Source: Adineta vaga (Eukaryota > Animalia > Rotifera). Taken from it: a stretch of 64,000 nucleotides of DNA. Below the pieces are notes generated by a model. The model was not told where the DNA came from. It worked only from the letters and a program-made list of their open reading frames with translations, and made no database searches. Each line of letters opens with the position of its first letter. Within the stretch, counting starts at the first letter, position 1. The position numbers were made by a program, and so were the translations under genes. Positions 1 through 14,607 of this stretch are shown one piece after another. The stretch lies in contig CP075493.1 of NCBI GenBank assembly GCA_021613535.1, positions 9,548,001 to 9,612,000 on the forward strand. The letters are read 5' to 3'.

Positions 1-1339
1 AGTCACTAGGTGATTTGAATTTTTTTTTCCATTCTAATCCAAAAAATAATTCAACGTTTTCAAATTTAGCCAAACAAACAAGATCCTTCTAAAATTTTGA
101 ATCAAAATAACGACAAAGAAAAAGAAAAGAGATTTACTTACTTTGCTTTTGCCTTTTGGTACAAAATAAAGACCTGATGAACGAAGTACACAGAAATGTT
201 TTTTCCATGATTTACGGGATTTTTCTTTCAAATAAATATTTCCTTCGATATCAGGTGCATGAAATAAATCGTCAATAGATGATATTGTATGAAAGAAATT
301 ATATTTTTCAAAACGTTTAGTAAAACTTAATCGATTTGATGATATTGTTGGCCACATAAGAATAGCTTCTGTTAATATATGATGATCTTCAAAAATACGT
401 TCTAAAACATTCAGATAGGTTAAAATATCTTTCAATAGAATAGTTTAAAATACCCATATGAAGATCAGGTAAAACTTCGATAAGAACATAATTAATATCA
501 GGTTCACGATGATTTTTATGAATAAGTAAAAGAAGAACATCACGTATTAACATTAAATCATCAATAAATATACTTTTTGTTGAACCATCATCATTGTATG
601 TTCGAATAAGAATTTTTGATGAATGTTCAGAATGAGATAATACTGAGTCATTCGAATCAAGAATCATTTTTGGTGTTTCTTTTAATGAATCATTCAATGG
701 TATCATTGAACGATAGATCATCTATATGAAAACAAAATTCAAATTCACTTTCTAATGAATATATATAATGATTCATACTGTTTCATCAGGATTTGATACG
801 ACAACTTTTTCAGTTGATCCACTATCACTAAATGCTGAATCACAATCATCTGTATTGTTAGTTGTACATTTTGATGTAAATCCTGCATTTGAATGATGAA
901 TATTGGATGTACTATATAGAGGATACGATTCAGTACCAATCTCATCACCAAGTCCACTTGAACAAGCACTTGAATCTGAAGATCGTTGCTGTTGTTGAAC
1001 TGCTTGAGACTCTAGTTGTGTCATCGCACAATCATTAATTGTTAATGTTAAACTAGCTAAAGCAGCTTCAAGTTGATCTTCAAGTGTACGAAGTTCATGA
1101 ACACAACCATTCGTAGAAAAAGATGAAGGAGATTTGATTGATGTTGATGGATAATAATTCATATTGAATTTTGTATTTGATAATTGTTTTTGTTCGGTTT
1201 CATCAAATTCAACTTGAATATCTCGTAATTCATTGAGAATCGCATCAAGTTCAGGTGAATCGTCTTCGTCTATCAGATAAAGAGAAAATGAAAATGAATC
1301 AATCTTGTCTATTCTTTTAACCTTCACATACTTACTCAT
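1..1339 (-). CDS. MRL-family adaptor (MIG-10/RIAM/lamellipodin-like), RA + PH domains; 3' part runs off the window
   Basis: N-terminal LDAILNEL helix, RA domain (KILIRTYNDDGSTKSIFIDD...LIHKNH...YVLIEVLPDLHM) and PH start (PDIEGNIYLKEKSRKSWKKHFCVLRSSGLYFVPKGK). ATG-A at 1339-1336 is followed by gtaagt and splices in phase 1 to ag|ACGAAGAC near 1270. Confidence 0.88.
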
Positions 1340-3385
1340 GGAAAAAATTGCTTACTCGTTAGGATTGTTCGTTTGCTCCTCCGGAACAATATTTAGTATG
1401 TAATAATGATCTTTCTTTCTCTTCTTCCTCGTTTATATAGAGATATGTATGTATTTTCTGATTGACGATTAAGATAGACAAAAGAAAAAGCAAATGACGT
1501 GTGTGTTCACACATCTAACTCAAACGGAAACAGTTGTATTCTCTTTCCTTTTCCTAACAGAACATCGAGTGCAATACTGGCATAGTTATGTAAGATAAAC
1601 AGACTACTACTATTGTATCAGCACCGTTCGTCAAACGAGATGATGATGATGATGACGACAAAACTTTGAAATAATACTTTCTATCAGACAAGAGAAGATT
1701 GTCAATTGAATGGCACGCATGCAAGCATGGATCTATTCGACGTCATCATCTTGATCATTTACATTTTTTATTCAAGCTTAAGTTTCTATGATATGTTAGT
1801 TGGCAAACGGAAATTAATGAATTATATATTGGTAGAATACCCTTTTTTTTCCTAACAGCATGACTGACCTTCCAAGGACATATTTTATAACAATGGCAGC
1901 AATAGATTAAGATGAACAATAATAATGATGTAATCATTAGTTTTAGATTTCATTTAATTATACTAGACAAGAATACACTCTCGTCAGTAGTCAAATCATC
2001 ATTTCAATCGACACATGTATGAATCAATATCAAATGTTTTGATTTATCCTATTATATAAGGTAATGCCTACGAACGAAATATATATATACATAATAGATT
2101 GTTCAGTCTATCATATCTATCATCGTGTATACAAGTTCATCTAAGCATACTTCCTTGAAGGAAGTAGTGAAAGAACAATTGACAGTAAAAGCCTTTTGGC
2201 TTCTATGAACTAAATTAAATAAATGAGATTAACTTACCATAAAGATGAATAGAAAATGGTGAATTGTTACGATTTTCATTTTTCATAAAATTTCGATACT
2301 AAAATGTAAAAATAAAAAAATTAATTTCGATTTCTATTGAAATCAATCAACATATATATCAGTCATGTTTTTCTTGAATATTCTCGTTTTCTTTTTCTGT
2401 ATAAGAATTGAACACTTTCTGTTCGTTATTCTCATCTGTGTACACACATATTGGAAATAAATATACAATACATAGAAGAAAATGAAGTAAAAACAATTAG
2501 ATTGAAGATAAACATAGTGCTTCATAAGAGACAAATTGCTTGATTAACTCAGTTCCCTCAAAGAAAACAAAATAGAATGAAGGTTAAATACAGCTGTTAT
2601 TAATAACCTTTCATCGGCTGCTCAATCTGCTGAGACTGGAGCTAACCATGGTAATGAATAGACAAAAAATCTTTCATATATAGGAAACGATTAATTGTAC
2701 AATTTTAATCCATCAGTGCATTTGTTGATCAATGAATCGTTTGATATTCAAAAATCACATCATATCGACTTGGATTATTGTACTTATACAAAAGAAAATC
2801 AATGGTATCATTCATTCATTATATAATTGCACTCTCGAGTTTATACACTAAATAGAAGATCTTTGATGAAAATTATATCGTTTACTTTCTTATAAGAGAA
2901 ATCCAAATTATCATTGTTCTCTATTCTTCTAATTATTTCTCAATGTCAAATAGAGGATGCAATCAACACTATGTTCGCCAACTTGAATTAAACACTATCA
3001 CCACCTCTTGTGTTGTTCATTTCATTTATCAAAACGTTATCAACAGTATAGATATACATGAATGAGTTTTTTTTCTCTAAAAGTAACCTTGGCAGTCGAG
3101 TATATCGCACTACATACACTGTATTAACCAAGCGAATAGACTCTTTTGATTACTCGCTAGATACATAGTTCAATATATGTATAGAGAAAGAAAGATGACA
3201 AGAGCGTTAAAAAAAAGGTCAGATTATGATAGTACTTATACAATCGCAATCATCGAAAGAACAATTCCAACCCTGATGAGCACAACTGCTTGCTTACGAA
3301 CGATTTCTTTCTAACAGGCGGACATAGTTCGTATCGATCGATTGACCTTGTTTTGACATTATTGAGCAATTTCTCGATTTCTTTG

Positions 3386-3745
3386 CTACAAAATCGTATT
3401 GCCTATTGAACTTACTGAACGTGAAGATGATTGTATAAAATTTTGTAATACTCGATTCGCTGCTTGTTCTTCATTGTTGTTTTTAACATTCTTTTCTACT
3501 CCTTCTTCTTCTTCTTCGGCTTCCGATTCAGATAATTCTGAATCCCAATCAAGAATTGATGAGGAACCGGATAATTCTTGTGAGGATAATAATAAAGGTG
3601 ATGGTAATGTTGATAATACTTTGGTGACTTCCGTTGTTGCTTCATCGGACGCCATCGATTCGTCTTCTTCTTCAATAGATGACATACTACAGCGTCGAAT
3701 AAGAAAACGACTCATAACGAATCTAGAAGTAGATGAATAGATCAA
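3386..3745 (-). CDS. Acidic Ser-rich ORF; possibly a distal 5' exon of the MRL gene or an orphan
   Basis: 119-aa ORF with coding-like composition and a strong gtaagt donor near 3410. I could not join it in phase to the MRL exons. Confidence 0.3.
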   Translation of the reverse strand: MIYSSTSRFVMSRFLIRRCSMSSIEEEDESMASDEATTEVTKVLSTLPSPLLLSSQELSGSSSILDWDSELSESEAEEEEEGVEKNVKNNNEEQAANRVLQNFIQSSSRSVSSIGNTIL

Positions 3746-5085
3746 TATCGATTAGAAAACTATTAACATTGAAACGGATGTTAGTTTATGTATACTTATA
3801 TTCTATTTCTATTATTATGTTAGTTTAAGGAGCTCTCACACATACTCTGATCGATTGACAATTGACTGTATAGTACAAATCGGAAAAAAAAGAATAGAAG
3901 AGAAAGAAAAGAACTAATCTGCTTAATTGTCACCACATATATATATCATCAAATCTACAATAGACAAAAGAATAACTGATTATGAAACGGAAATATGGAT
4001 ATTATACTATAATAGTTCTTGTATAGATTACAAATAGAGAAAAGAAATTATTCAGCTAATATCTGATTTCTCTTCTATAAATTGAACAGTTGTTATGTTT
4101 TGATTGAATCAAACAATATGAAAATTAGTTTATAATTATTACTATTGACTAATGTTATACGTTCTGATAGGTTGGAAAGAAAGGCAAAAATGCAGTTTCT
4201 TATTGTGTAAGATAGAAGATAGAGAGAGAGAGAGCGAGAGTAACTTCAGAGAAAAAGTACTGGTTCATTGTCCTTCATAACTTATACACTATGGAAATAG
4301 TGTGTTGATTTCGATGACAAGTTGATCGATATTCAGCAATCAATATACTCGACTTTCTCTGTTTGCTTCTTCTTTATATTGTTTTAGCTTTGATTTTCTC
4401 ACTTTTCCTTCTCTTGTTCACTCTTCAATATTCATTTATCCAAACAAGGAAAGAGATACAGAGGCAATTACTAAAGAATAATAGCATGTTGCCGCATCAT
4501 TTTGATTAGCTGCTTGTGGATACTAATGTCGGAATGGAAGTGATTTATACAACATTATTGTCTATATATTTGACATGAATGATCACATACCAAATCATTC
4601 ACACTCGACACAATCTACTATAGTTCTTATTTATCCAACAGAATATCTAATACTTGTTAACTTTATCAGCAACGGATGGTACCCGCTAGAAATATTAACA
4701 TCATGTTTCCTTGTCTGACATCCGTGTTCATTTGCTTTTCTTTCTCTTAGATAATAAAGAGAATTGTATAAACAATTCAATACTCGTAGCATACTTGTAT
4801 CAATCATAGTAAATTATTCAGATAAGTGATTAGCACAACACAATTGAATAGTAATATCGATGAGAAAATATGTATTAACTAACTGCACCTATGACTGACA
4901 CAATCAATGAAATACTGTTTTTTTTATCAGTTGATAAAGGTGCGAGTACGTTCTTTTGTAATTCATGTAAAAATTTCATAGATTTGTGTAATATTTGATA
5001 AAAGGTGAAGAACATTATAGTACAATAGAATTTTTCGTTCTTAATTATATGTTTCGAAAATAGAAAAACTTGCTTTTATTTTCAA

Positions 5086-5528
5086 TTAAACTTCAGTACT
5101 TATAAAAGTGCTTGCATGTAATGGTTTTTCTGCATATTCATTCTCTGGACGGCCATAAACAAGGTAAGCCAATTCGATTTCAAGTTCGGAATCCGAAACT
5201 GAAATAACACATGGTGGAACCACTCGATTCATACCAATTGGTTGATCATTTGTTTTGTTATTTGATTTGGTATCATCATTGACTGTTTCAATATTTGATA
5301 ATGGTAAATCCTGTAAGAATTACTATGAAAAATGTGTTTTTTTCAAAAATAGAATTTCCTTTCTAAAGATCAAGGGTACATACCTTTGATAGCAATGAAG
5401 AAGAATTCGTTGATTGATTCTTATCTAAAATAATCTTGGAATAGATTTAGAAGATACATTTTCATTTGAAACAAACCTTTAGTATTCTTCTTTACATTCG
5501 ATTTATTTTTGCCAGCACATCCACCCAT
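5086..5528 (-). CDS. Small (~105 aa) three-exon orphan protein with N-terminal MGGC acylation motif
   Basis: Manual splicing through canonical GT-AG introns in matching phases gives MGGCAGKNKSNVKKNTK-DKNQSTNSSSLLSK-DLPLSNIETVNDD...ELEIELAYLVYGRPENEYAEKPLHASTFISTEV*. Not in the ORF track. Confidence 0.72.
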
Positions 5529-6652
5529 TTAAATTGAAAAAGAAAAACTCAACAAAGACTTATCGTTTGTAAATATATTTTTATGGCAAGTAAAAGAGCA
5601 TTACATTCTCATCTGTGTGTTTTTTTCTGTCTGTCTGCATGTGTGTCGATCTTAGAGTTTTTCTTTCTTTTTTTCGTTCTTTTTATTGACTCATAAATTT
5701 CATCGTGCAAAAAAAGAATCCCATCGAAAGAATGACAATAATATGTTTCATTCAAAATACATGCATATTTGCTTTTCATACTATAAAAACCTAAATAATC
5801 AATTTGGTAGTTTATCGTGCGTTGTTCGTCTGCGAAATTATCTTTAAGTATGTTTTTTCGTTCTTGAAACCTATTAATAGATACGTATATACGACTGAAA
5901 GGAACAAAAAAAAGAACCTTTGAAAAAGAAATATTTTTATGGATATATTACATGTTTGCCTATATGATTATGATGATTGTCAACGTATTAGATGGAAATA
6001 TCGTCTACAGAATTGATAAGAGTTATACTTTGTTTCCCATCAGAGTGTCTGTCATCAATGAAGCAATGATTGATAACGATAGAAAGCATATTAAAAGCAA
6101 ATATATCGAAAAAGAAAGGAACAGATTGATATTAATCGAGAATGAAGTCGTGTGAAATAACTGAAGGTGATATTACATTGTATTCAAGCAAACTAATTCA
6201 ACAGGTTATACAAAATGCATTTGGTATGTATAATAAATATGTAATGATCAATTTATTTATGTAAAGATTATTCTTTAGACATTATCAAACGAGATTTCAA
6301 TGAAATAGATATAAGCAAAATGGAAGAATCGAAACAACCGATTTATAGAGTTTGTGTCTAAATCACTGAAGTATTATGTGGAAAAACAAAATCTTTATTC
6401 TATTGTTTTTCTTTCTTGATTTACTTATATTAAACTAAATTTTCTCTCAAATGTGTATTATCGCTACCGAATGACAGAATATGAAGAAGAAAACAAGCAG
6501 TTCGTTTATTTATCTGCATCTGTATGAGCTTTTTTTTTAGCATAATAAAAGTTTCTAATAACGAATATACATAACGATATTTTATACACGGAAAAGAAGA
6601 CAAAATAAAATATAACAGAATCAACAAGAACAATAATAATTGAGAAGAATTA

Positions 6653-8242
6653 CTACGGTTCATTGTCGTGATCACATTGCGTAGCAACTTCAGCATACAT
6701 TTTTCCTGAACATAACCAACAACCAGATTGAGCTGATTGATTAAGAAAAGCTAATAATAAATCATGTGCAATATCCGAATTTGATCGATTGACTTTAGAT
6801 GATTTCGGTTTTTGCTGTTCACCTAACATTGACATAACATATTGTCGTAATCGATTTAATTCTTGTTGTTGTTTTTTAATTTTCAATAGAATCATATTGA
6901 CTTTTGCTGTTTTATCTCCATCATTTGATACGATCGAAGTTCTTCGAACCTCATCCGTTAATTTAGAAACTTGATCATTGTTATTCATATCATATTCAAT
7001 AATCCAATCAGATAATGATTCTTCTTTATCATTATCTGAAGAAGAAACAATTTGTTGTTTTTCAGATTTCGTTTTCGATTGTTCTAATGACGTTGTTATT
7101 GCTTTCTTTTTCTTTTGTAGTTTTTGATGCAAACGTTTTTGACGTTTTAATTCTTGCCTACGTTCGGCATCAGCAGCATCAAGTTCATTAACTAGCAAAA
7201 CACGTTGTTCATTGACATCATTATCATCGTCATCATTATTGGTATTATTTTGTTGAATTAAATCGTCAGTAAATGGAAGTGGCGGGCGTGGTGGTGGTGA
7301 TAATGGAGGCGTTTCTTCTTCGTCACAATTATCAATAAGAAAACCGGAACAAGGCACCGAGTTTGAACGTTCTTCTGTAATTGATCGACATTCGGCAATC
7401 TACATAGTAATTAAAGAGATAGAAAAGAGGTATCTGTCGAATATAGATAGAAGCGAAAAATATTCAAATATAAAGTTTAGTATTTTCTTATAGAATAGAA
7501 CTATCAATTTACATACCGAAGATGATGGAAGTAATGGTAATGGTTCTTGTGTTAAACATTCATTAGTTGTATTCGATTGTTGTAATTCTAAATCGTTATC
7601 GAATAAAATTCTCTCTAAAGTACGAATATCCTCATGATTATTAATATCACCAATGAAATGGAAAGAACTATCATCAAGATTATCATTATTCACTGAAGTC
7701 TCAGTTGCTGTTGCTGCTATTGTTGTTCTTGTCGATAACTGATCATCAGCAAATCGCATTCGATCAAATCGTGACGAACTTAATGCAGCTTTTTGTTGTG
7801 GCATTCGAAGCATTGTTTCTAAATATTGAGTTTTTTGTTCTGTACTTTCATTCATTGTCGTTCTTTTTACTGAACGAATCCATGATGTACGTTCATGTGG
7901 TACAACAGTAAGCACAGGTGGTGTTGGTGGTGGTGGTGGCGGCGGAGGCGAAGGTGGAAGTGGTGGAGGTGCTGGCGTAGACATTAATGGTGGTGGTGGT
8001 GTAGAAAAATACGAATGAGTTTTCGATTTTGGTCTCGAATGTTGATAACGATAATCATGTTTATATGAACGTCGATAAGAAAAATCATTATAATTTCGAT
8101 TATCATGATACTGATAATGATGTTTATTCGTTTTCTTATATGGACGTTTATAATGTTCATCATCATCATATCGTCTATCATTATGATATGGTTTTGCTCG
8201 ATAATATGGATGATATCGATGATTCTCATCCATTTTACTCAT
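6653..8242 (-). CDS. Uncharacterised protein: Y/H/R/D-rich N-terminus, polyproline tracts, coiled coils
   Basis: ORFs 7400-8242 and 6653-7357 are joined by an intron (gtatgt donor ~7516, ag acceptor ~7400). No recognisable domain. Confidence 0.7.
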
Positions 8243-8651
8243 ATCTATTATACAAAGAGAAAAACAAGAACATCTAAGAAATGAATTTTTCTTTCTATAC
8301 AGAGATCAAAAACACGATAAATATATTTTATTTCTCTATTATAGAGAGAGAGAGAGAGCGCGAGCGAACGAGAAAGATAGAAAGAGGATTTCGTACACCG
8401 AGAATAGATACAAACACGTACAAATAAAGCACAAGAAAAAATAGAACACTATACAAATGTCGAAAAAGGAGGAAATACACAAAAAGAAAAAACATTGGTT
8501 GATTTCATTCGAAGAAATAGACCGAAAAGAGATTCTATTGACGAGAAGACATAAAAGTTTTTACGAGACATTTATATATATATGTATACGAACAATAAGA
8601 CTAATGCACAAATAGAAATAGACATTCTTATAATATTATTTTGTTTGTTTC

Positions 8652-11600
8652 TTATAGATCATTGATCGAAACATATCGTGAACGTTTTGGAGTTGATGAA
8701 TATTCGTCAATGACAAAAGAGAAATGAAATGAATTTTGAGTTGATGGCTGCTCACGTTCATAATGAAGGTAAAGACAGTCATCATGTGAAGTATTTGAAA
8801 ATTTATTCGTCGCTATTGATGTTCGAGGAAGATTTGTATTCGATGTTTGAATCGAAGTTGGAATTGATGGTACAACAAATTGTTGTTTTTGAGTAGGTTG
8901 TTGACTAGATAAGAGATCTTTTAATGAAGTTGAATTTAATATTGAATTGTTGAATGATGATCGTTCATTAGGATTAATAACAACTATTTGATGAGGAATA
9001 ATTTGAGAATTAGATGATAAGATTGGAATTGAAGAAGAAGAAGAAGATGCTGATGTTGATTGAGTTTGTTGATCGATGGAAGAAAACTGTGGTAAATGAT
9101 GAATTGTATGACTGGATGAACAGAAATTTTGGCCTAGAAAATAAATTTAGATATTGTTTTTTTTTTCATTTCAAATGTCAATCCTAATTTACTTGTCGTT
9201 ATAGATTTCAATGAAGATCCTGAATAGGAAACAGATTGTTGTTGTTGTTGTTGTTGTTGTCTTCCAAGAACAACAGTCTGAGATTGTCGTATTTGAGATG
9301 ATGCATTGTATGTACCATTGGCTAATGCTGCAAGTACAGCTGCATCTGTATCATTCATCGATATTGCATGATTTGAAGATGTATGTTCTCCATATGAAGA
9401 TTTTGATGTTAGAATTCCATTACTCATTGATCCTTGATGATCATAATTGAGTAGATTACCATTTTGTTGATTATTTAGAATTGACATTGTTTGAGTTGTT
9501 AATGCATCTGGTTTAAATTTTGATATCAATTGTCCTGACGGTATTTTATCTCCATAGGATTTCAGTGTTTCAGGTGCAAGTTCCGAAAATGGTTTATTAC
9601 TAATACGGATCACTGTTTTTTGTAAAACATCATCTGTATCTTTTATTTTAATATCTGGAAAGGTTATTTCTACTTCGTTTAATGTATGTAATGTACCATT
9701 AACAAAATCACGTAATTTTCGTAATCCGTTATAAAATGGAAGTTTATCTTCAGCACGTGGTAATTGAGAACACCGAGCACTGGAGGATGGCATAACAAAG
9801 ACATGCTAAGAAATGTATAAAGATCAAATAAAATATAAGAAAAAAAACGAAACAATATAGAATACGAACTGTATCTGTTTCAGGAAATAGTTCGGGTTGT
9901 TTACCATAATGAAAATGTTTATTGCCTGCATAGACTTCGTAAATACCTGAAGAAAGAAAAGAAAATACTAAGTAATGTATTCAATTAAGATGAAAATTTA
10001 AAGTTACCTCGACCATTGAATGCTACAATTTTTGGTCTATATGTTTTTATTTTATGCATTAATACTTCTGCTCCTGCAGTAATTTCATCTCTATCAAAGA
10101 ATGATATTATTTGATTGTATATGTATTTTCTTATTTACGTACTTCGTTATATCTGATCCAGCTTTCGATGGTCGTTGAACAATATTTGTAAAACCAATTC
10201 CATATTGTGGCATACGATAATCATCTTCGGACGTGAAAGCATTTGGAATTAGTTCAGACATATGAAGTAATTTCCAAAAATGATTTCCTGGTCCACCATA
10301 ATGATGACCTTTATGTACAGCATAAAGACTTGGATTAATGCCAACCTAAATAAATTAACATCATGGTTAAAATGTAAAAGTATTCTTACGATAGAAAGTA
10401 AATTACGTACGAAAACAATATCAAGATTTGGTTGTAAAATATCTGATAGAAGACGTTTAGTTAACTCTTCTTCGGGTGTTCCATCGAAACGATTTGGATT
10501 GATGATTGGATTGGAAGATTTACGTTTATTGTTAATGGGAGTTACAGCTTGTGGTGAGGTTGGAATTGGTGTTGATGGGGATGATGATGATGTTGTTTTA
10601 GAGATTATTGTTGATATTGATGGAAGAGGTGAAGATGATGAAGGAGAAGGCGAAACAACATTCATTATTGGAGATATAATTGTATTAAAAGATGATGATG
10701 ATGGTGTCGTAGGTTGACATGGACGAACTTCTGTATTCATATTGATATGTTCCAATGGTTTTTGTTCATTCTCAGGTGTTGATATTGTTTCACGTTTGAG
10801 TGATTCGCGTAATTTTGATAGAAATACTTCAGCGACTTCATCTGAACCTAAACTACTTTTCAATGCACTAAATTTAAAGAAAAATAAATTGATTAAATTT
10901 TCTATTTATTAAAATCTTTATTGAAATTTACTTCAGATCACCACCGGCTTCTAAATTCTTCCTAAATGTTTGCATAAGAACACTTTTAACACTATCCAAA
11001 GCTTCATCTAGAAGTTGTTCTTTTGTATGACTAGAAATCGAAAGATAAAAATTTCAATTCATCAATTGACCACAAAGTTTACATACGTTTCAGATGTTGT
11101 TGATAAGGTCGACGGAGTAGAAGTTGTATTCATTGGAACGTGACTGAAAACATATATGCTTATATATATATATATATATATCTATGTACGTATAGTAACT
11201 TTGTTTAATCTAACAACGATTGATCAAAACATCTGCAGTACTGATTTTTTGCTCTCGAACAAATGGCACTTCTGTCAATTAAATATCGTCTAATTTTGCT
11301 TCGAGCAAAATGTTATTCAAGATCAACTGAAGTTCATCGTATTTTCTAGTATTGCTTCCCTAAGGCATGTCGCCAACTAAACTACCGGAAATTGTTTCAA
11401 GAACAATTATCATAAGAGTGAAAGTTCTATTTCGGTTATAGAAATCATCATCAGTAATCTAACGATTCGATTGGCAACATAAAATGAATTACATTTGAAG
11501 TAGATAATTGTGAGCAAATCTGTCGATAGTGAATACAGATCGTTCAGACTATACCTAGTAGTAGTTGTTATTATTTGTTGAGAAGTATGATTACTATTTG

Positions 11601-12770
11601 TTTGTTGATCATTCCATTGATTATCATCATTTAAATTTGACAACATGTTTGTTATATGTGGTTGAATCAGAGGTTTATTTTCTTGATGTATGAAAGTATT
11701 TAACGATTCATTGAAATCATCCTTATGTCCATTTGTATATTCATTATTATTATTATGTAATGTATTTGAAACATTATCTATAGGAATTGATTTGGTTGTT
11801 AACTCTCCATATTCATTTTTCTTTAGTTTAAGTAATAGTTGACGATTTGTCTCGGTTTCAACTGTGGTTGAATTTCTAAATGAAAAACTATGTTGTAGAT
11901 AAAATATAAACGAAAGAGATCAAGAATTACCCAATAGTTGAAGTTAAACTATCTCGACGAATTTTAAGAACTAATGGTGAATTCGTTGGTTGTTCATTAA
12001 TAACACAAGATTCTTGTTTTATTCTTCAAGAAAAAATATCCAATCAATATATATATATATTCATAATTTAAAAAAAATCAATTGTTTACTCGTTCATATC
12101 TTGTTGTTGACTAGAATTTAGATCATTATTTATTTCCGATATCGTATTATGAAGATTATCATTAGAGGAAGATTTTTTGCTACGTTTTGCAGGGCGAGAA
12201 ATTGTCTCTATTGAATTTGTACTAAAAAGAAATCATGACATTACAATATGATTCATTTATTGTTTCGAATATTTACTTTAGATATTCATCATCGTCAGTA
12301 TTAAATAATGGTTTTTTTAATTTAACACGAAGAGTTGTTGGTGATACTGTCGTAACAATAGAAGGTTCATTGATTGAAACAAAAGATGAAGGAGATGAAT
12401 CATTCAAAGTATCTGTTGATAAACGACTACGAATAGAAAACAAAGAGAGAATAATTAATTAAATTCACAGGTGAAATATCACTTACGATGAATGAGGAAG
12501 AATAATATCATCATATTTTTTTAGTTTTAAAACAATTGGTGCCGGAGTTGATTGTGTTCTATAAAGAACAAATTGAATATATAAAGTGACAATTTTTCTT
12601 TGACAAGCAAAAAAAAACAGTAAATTAAATTGTTTCTTTTTATCATGTGATATCTCTAAAGTCCATGACATTTTCTAGATGATAATTCTCAACAAATCTT
12701 TTTCATTCAATGAGCTTCAGAAAAAAAGAACAACAACAACAAGTAAATCTTACGTTATTTCATCATTCAT
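8652..12770 (-). CDS. TDG: G/T mismatch-specific thymine DNA glycosylase (TDG/Thd1) with long N- and C-terminal disordered arms
   Basis: Spliced core: NRFDG..EEELTKRLLSDILQPNLDIVFVGINPS...HHYGGPGNHFWK...GIGFTNIVQRPS...PKIVAFNG...MPSSSARCSQLPRAEDKLPFY. Upstream exons from ATG 12770 join in frame (e.g. ACT AG|T CAC GTT CCA ATG). Stop TAA at 8652-8654. Confidence 0.9.
11159..11181. repeat. (TA)n microsatellite in a TDG intron
   Basis: Uninterrupted TA run. Confidence 0.8.
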
Positions 12771-13678
12771 TGTGATTTAAATATATAAATATATATCTTT
12801 TTTTTTAATCAATTAATACTCATTCAATAAATATCAAGTTCTTCCTGTTTATTTTTTTGACATTGGATATAATAATACCATTCTTTTTTTTTGCACAAAT
12901 AAACAACATCAAACTTCAAAGTTAACTGATTGGCTAATTTGAAAATAGAAACAAAAATAAAGAAAAGAAAATTAATTGATCGTTTTTTTCCTTAAAAAAG
13001 AAAATAAATCTCAGTTCCTCTTTTTTTCCATATTTTATTTCATGTCATATTATATACCATAATCAATAATTAACGAACTCTAAAACATATTCTATACATG
13101 TGATTCATGATAGATGGTGCTCAAATAGTGAATCTCGAGAGTTTTGCTATCAGATATGAATTATGAAAGTCATAAAAAATATGTCCGAATATCATATATG
13201 CATGAAAGAATAGTTTTAATCTTAGATTATTTCTAAACATGTTTATATCTTCGGCACGTGATGATTAATTTCGATTGACGCCAATATGAAATTACTATTC
13301 GGCCATTTCTTATTCTCAGCTGATTTATATTGAATCATACATTAAAACAAAAATAAATTGCGTTATTTTTATTTTTTATTGGTAAAAAAAAGCATTCATA
13401 GGAGAATTTATGCGACCTCTATCGTTTGCACGAGTAATTTCCCACCAATGTTCTATCGAACAACAGATAAAGATTGTAATCTACGGAACGTAGTCTGATG
13501 ACCATTTTATTTTACATACAAGAGAAGGTTGTGTGTTATTAGTCGTACGTTTTATGTGACCTTGTTCTTGTTGAAGTTGATGATAAAAATGAAAGTATCT
13601 TTTTGTTTGTCATGTAGATTTAAATAGTTGATATATATATATACGTTTTAGATTTACAGTTCTATTTTATTCTTTTAA

Positions 13679-14607
<929 letters not shown>

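Noticed and set aside
3399-10717. Plus-strand ORFs 3399-3740, 6789-6974, 7705-7911, 8029-8277, 9211-9450, 10280-10717
   Set aside because: Antisense shadows of low-complexity minus-strand coding exons or ORFs.
11410-11646. 78-aa ORF as a separate gene
   Set aside because: Its first half is an internal TDG exon (donor near 11553) and the rest is intron read-through.
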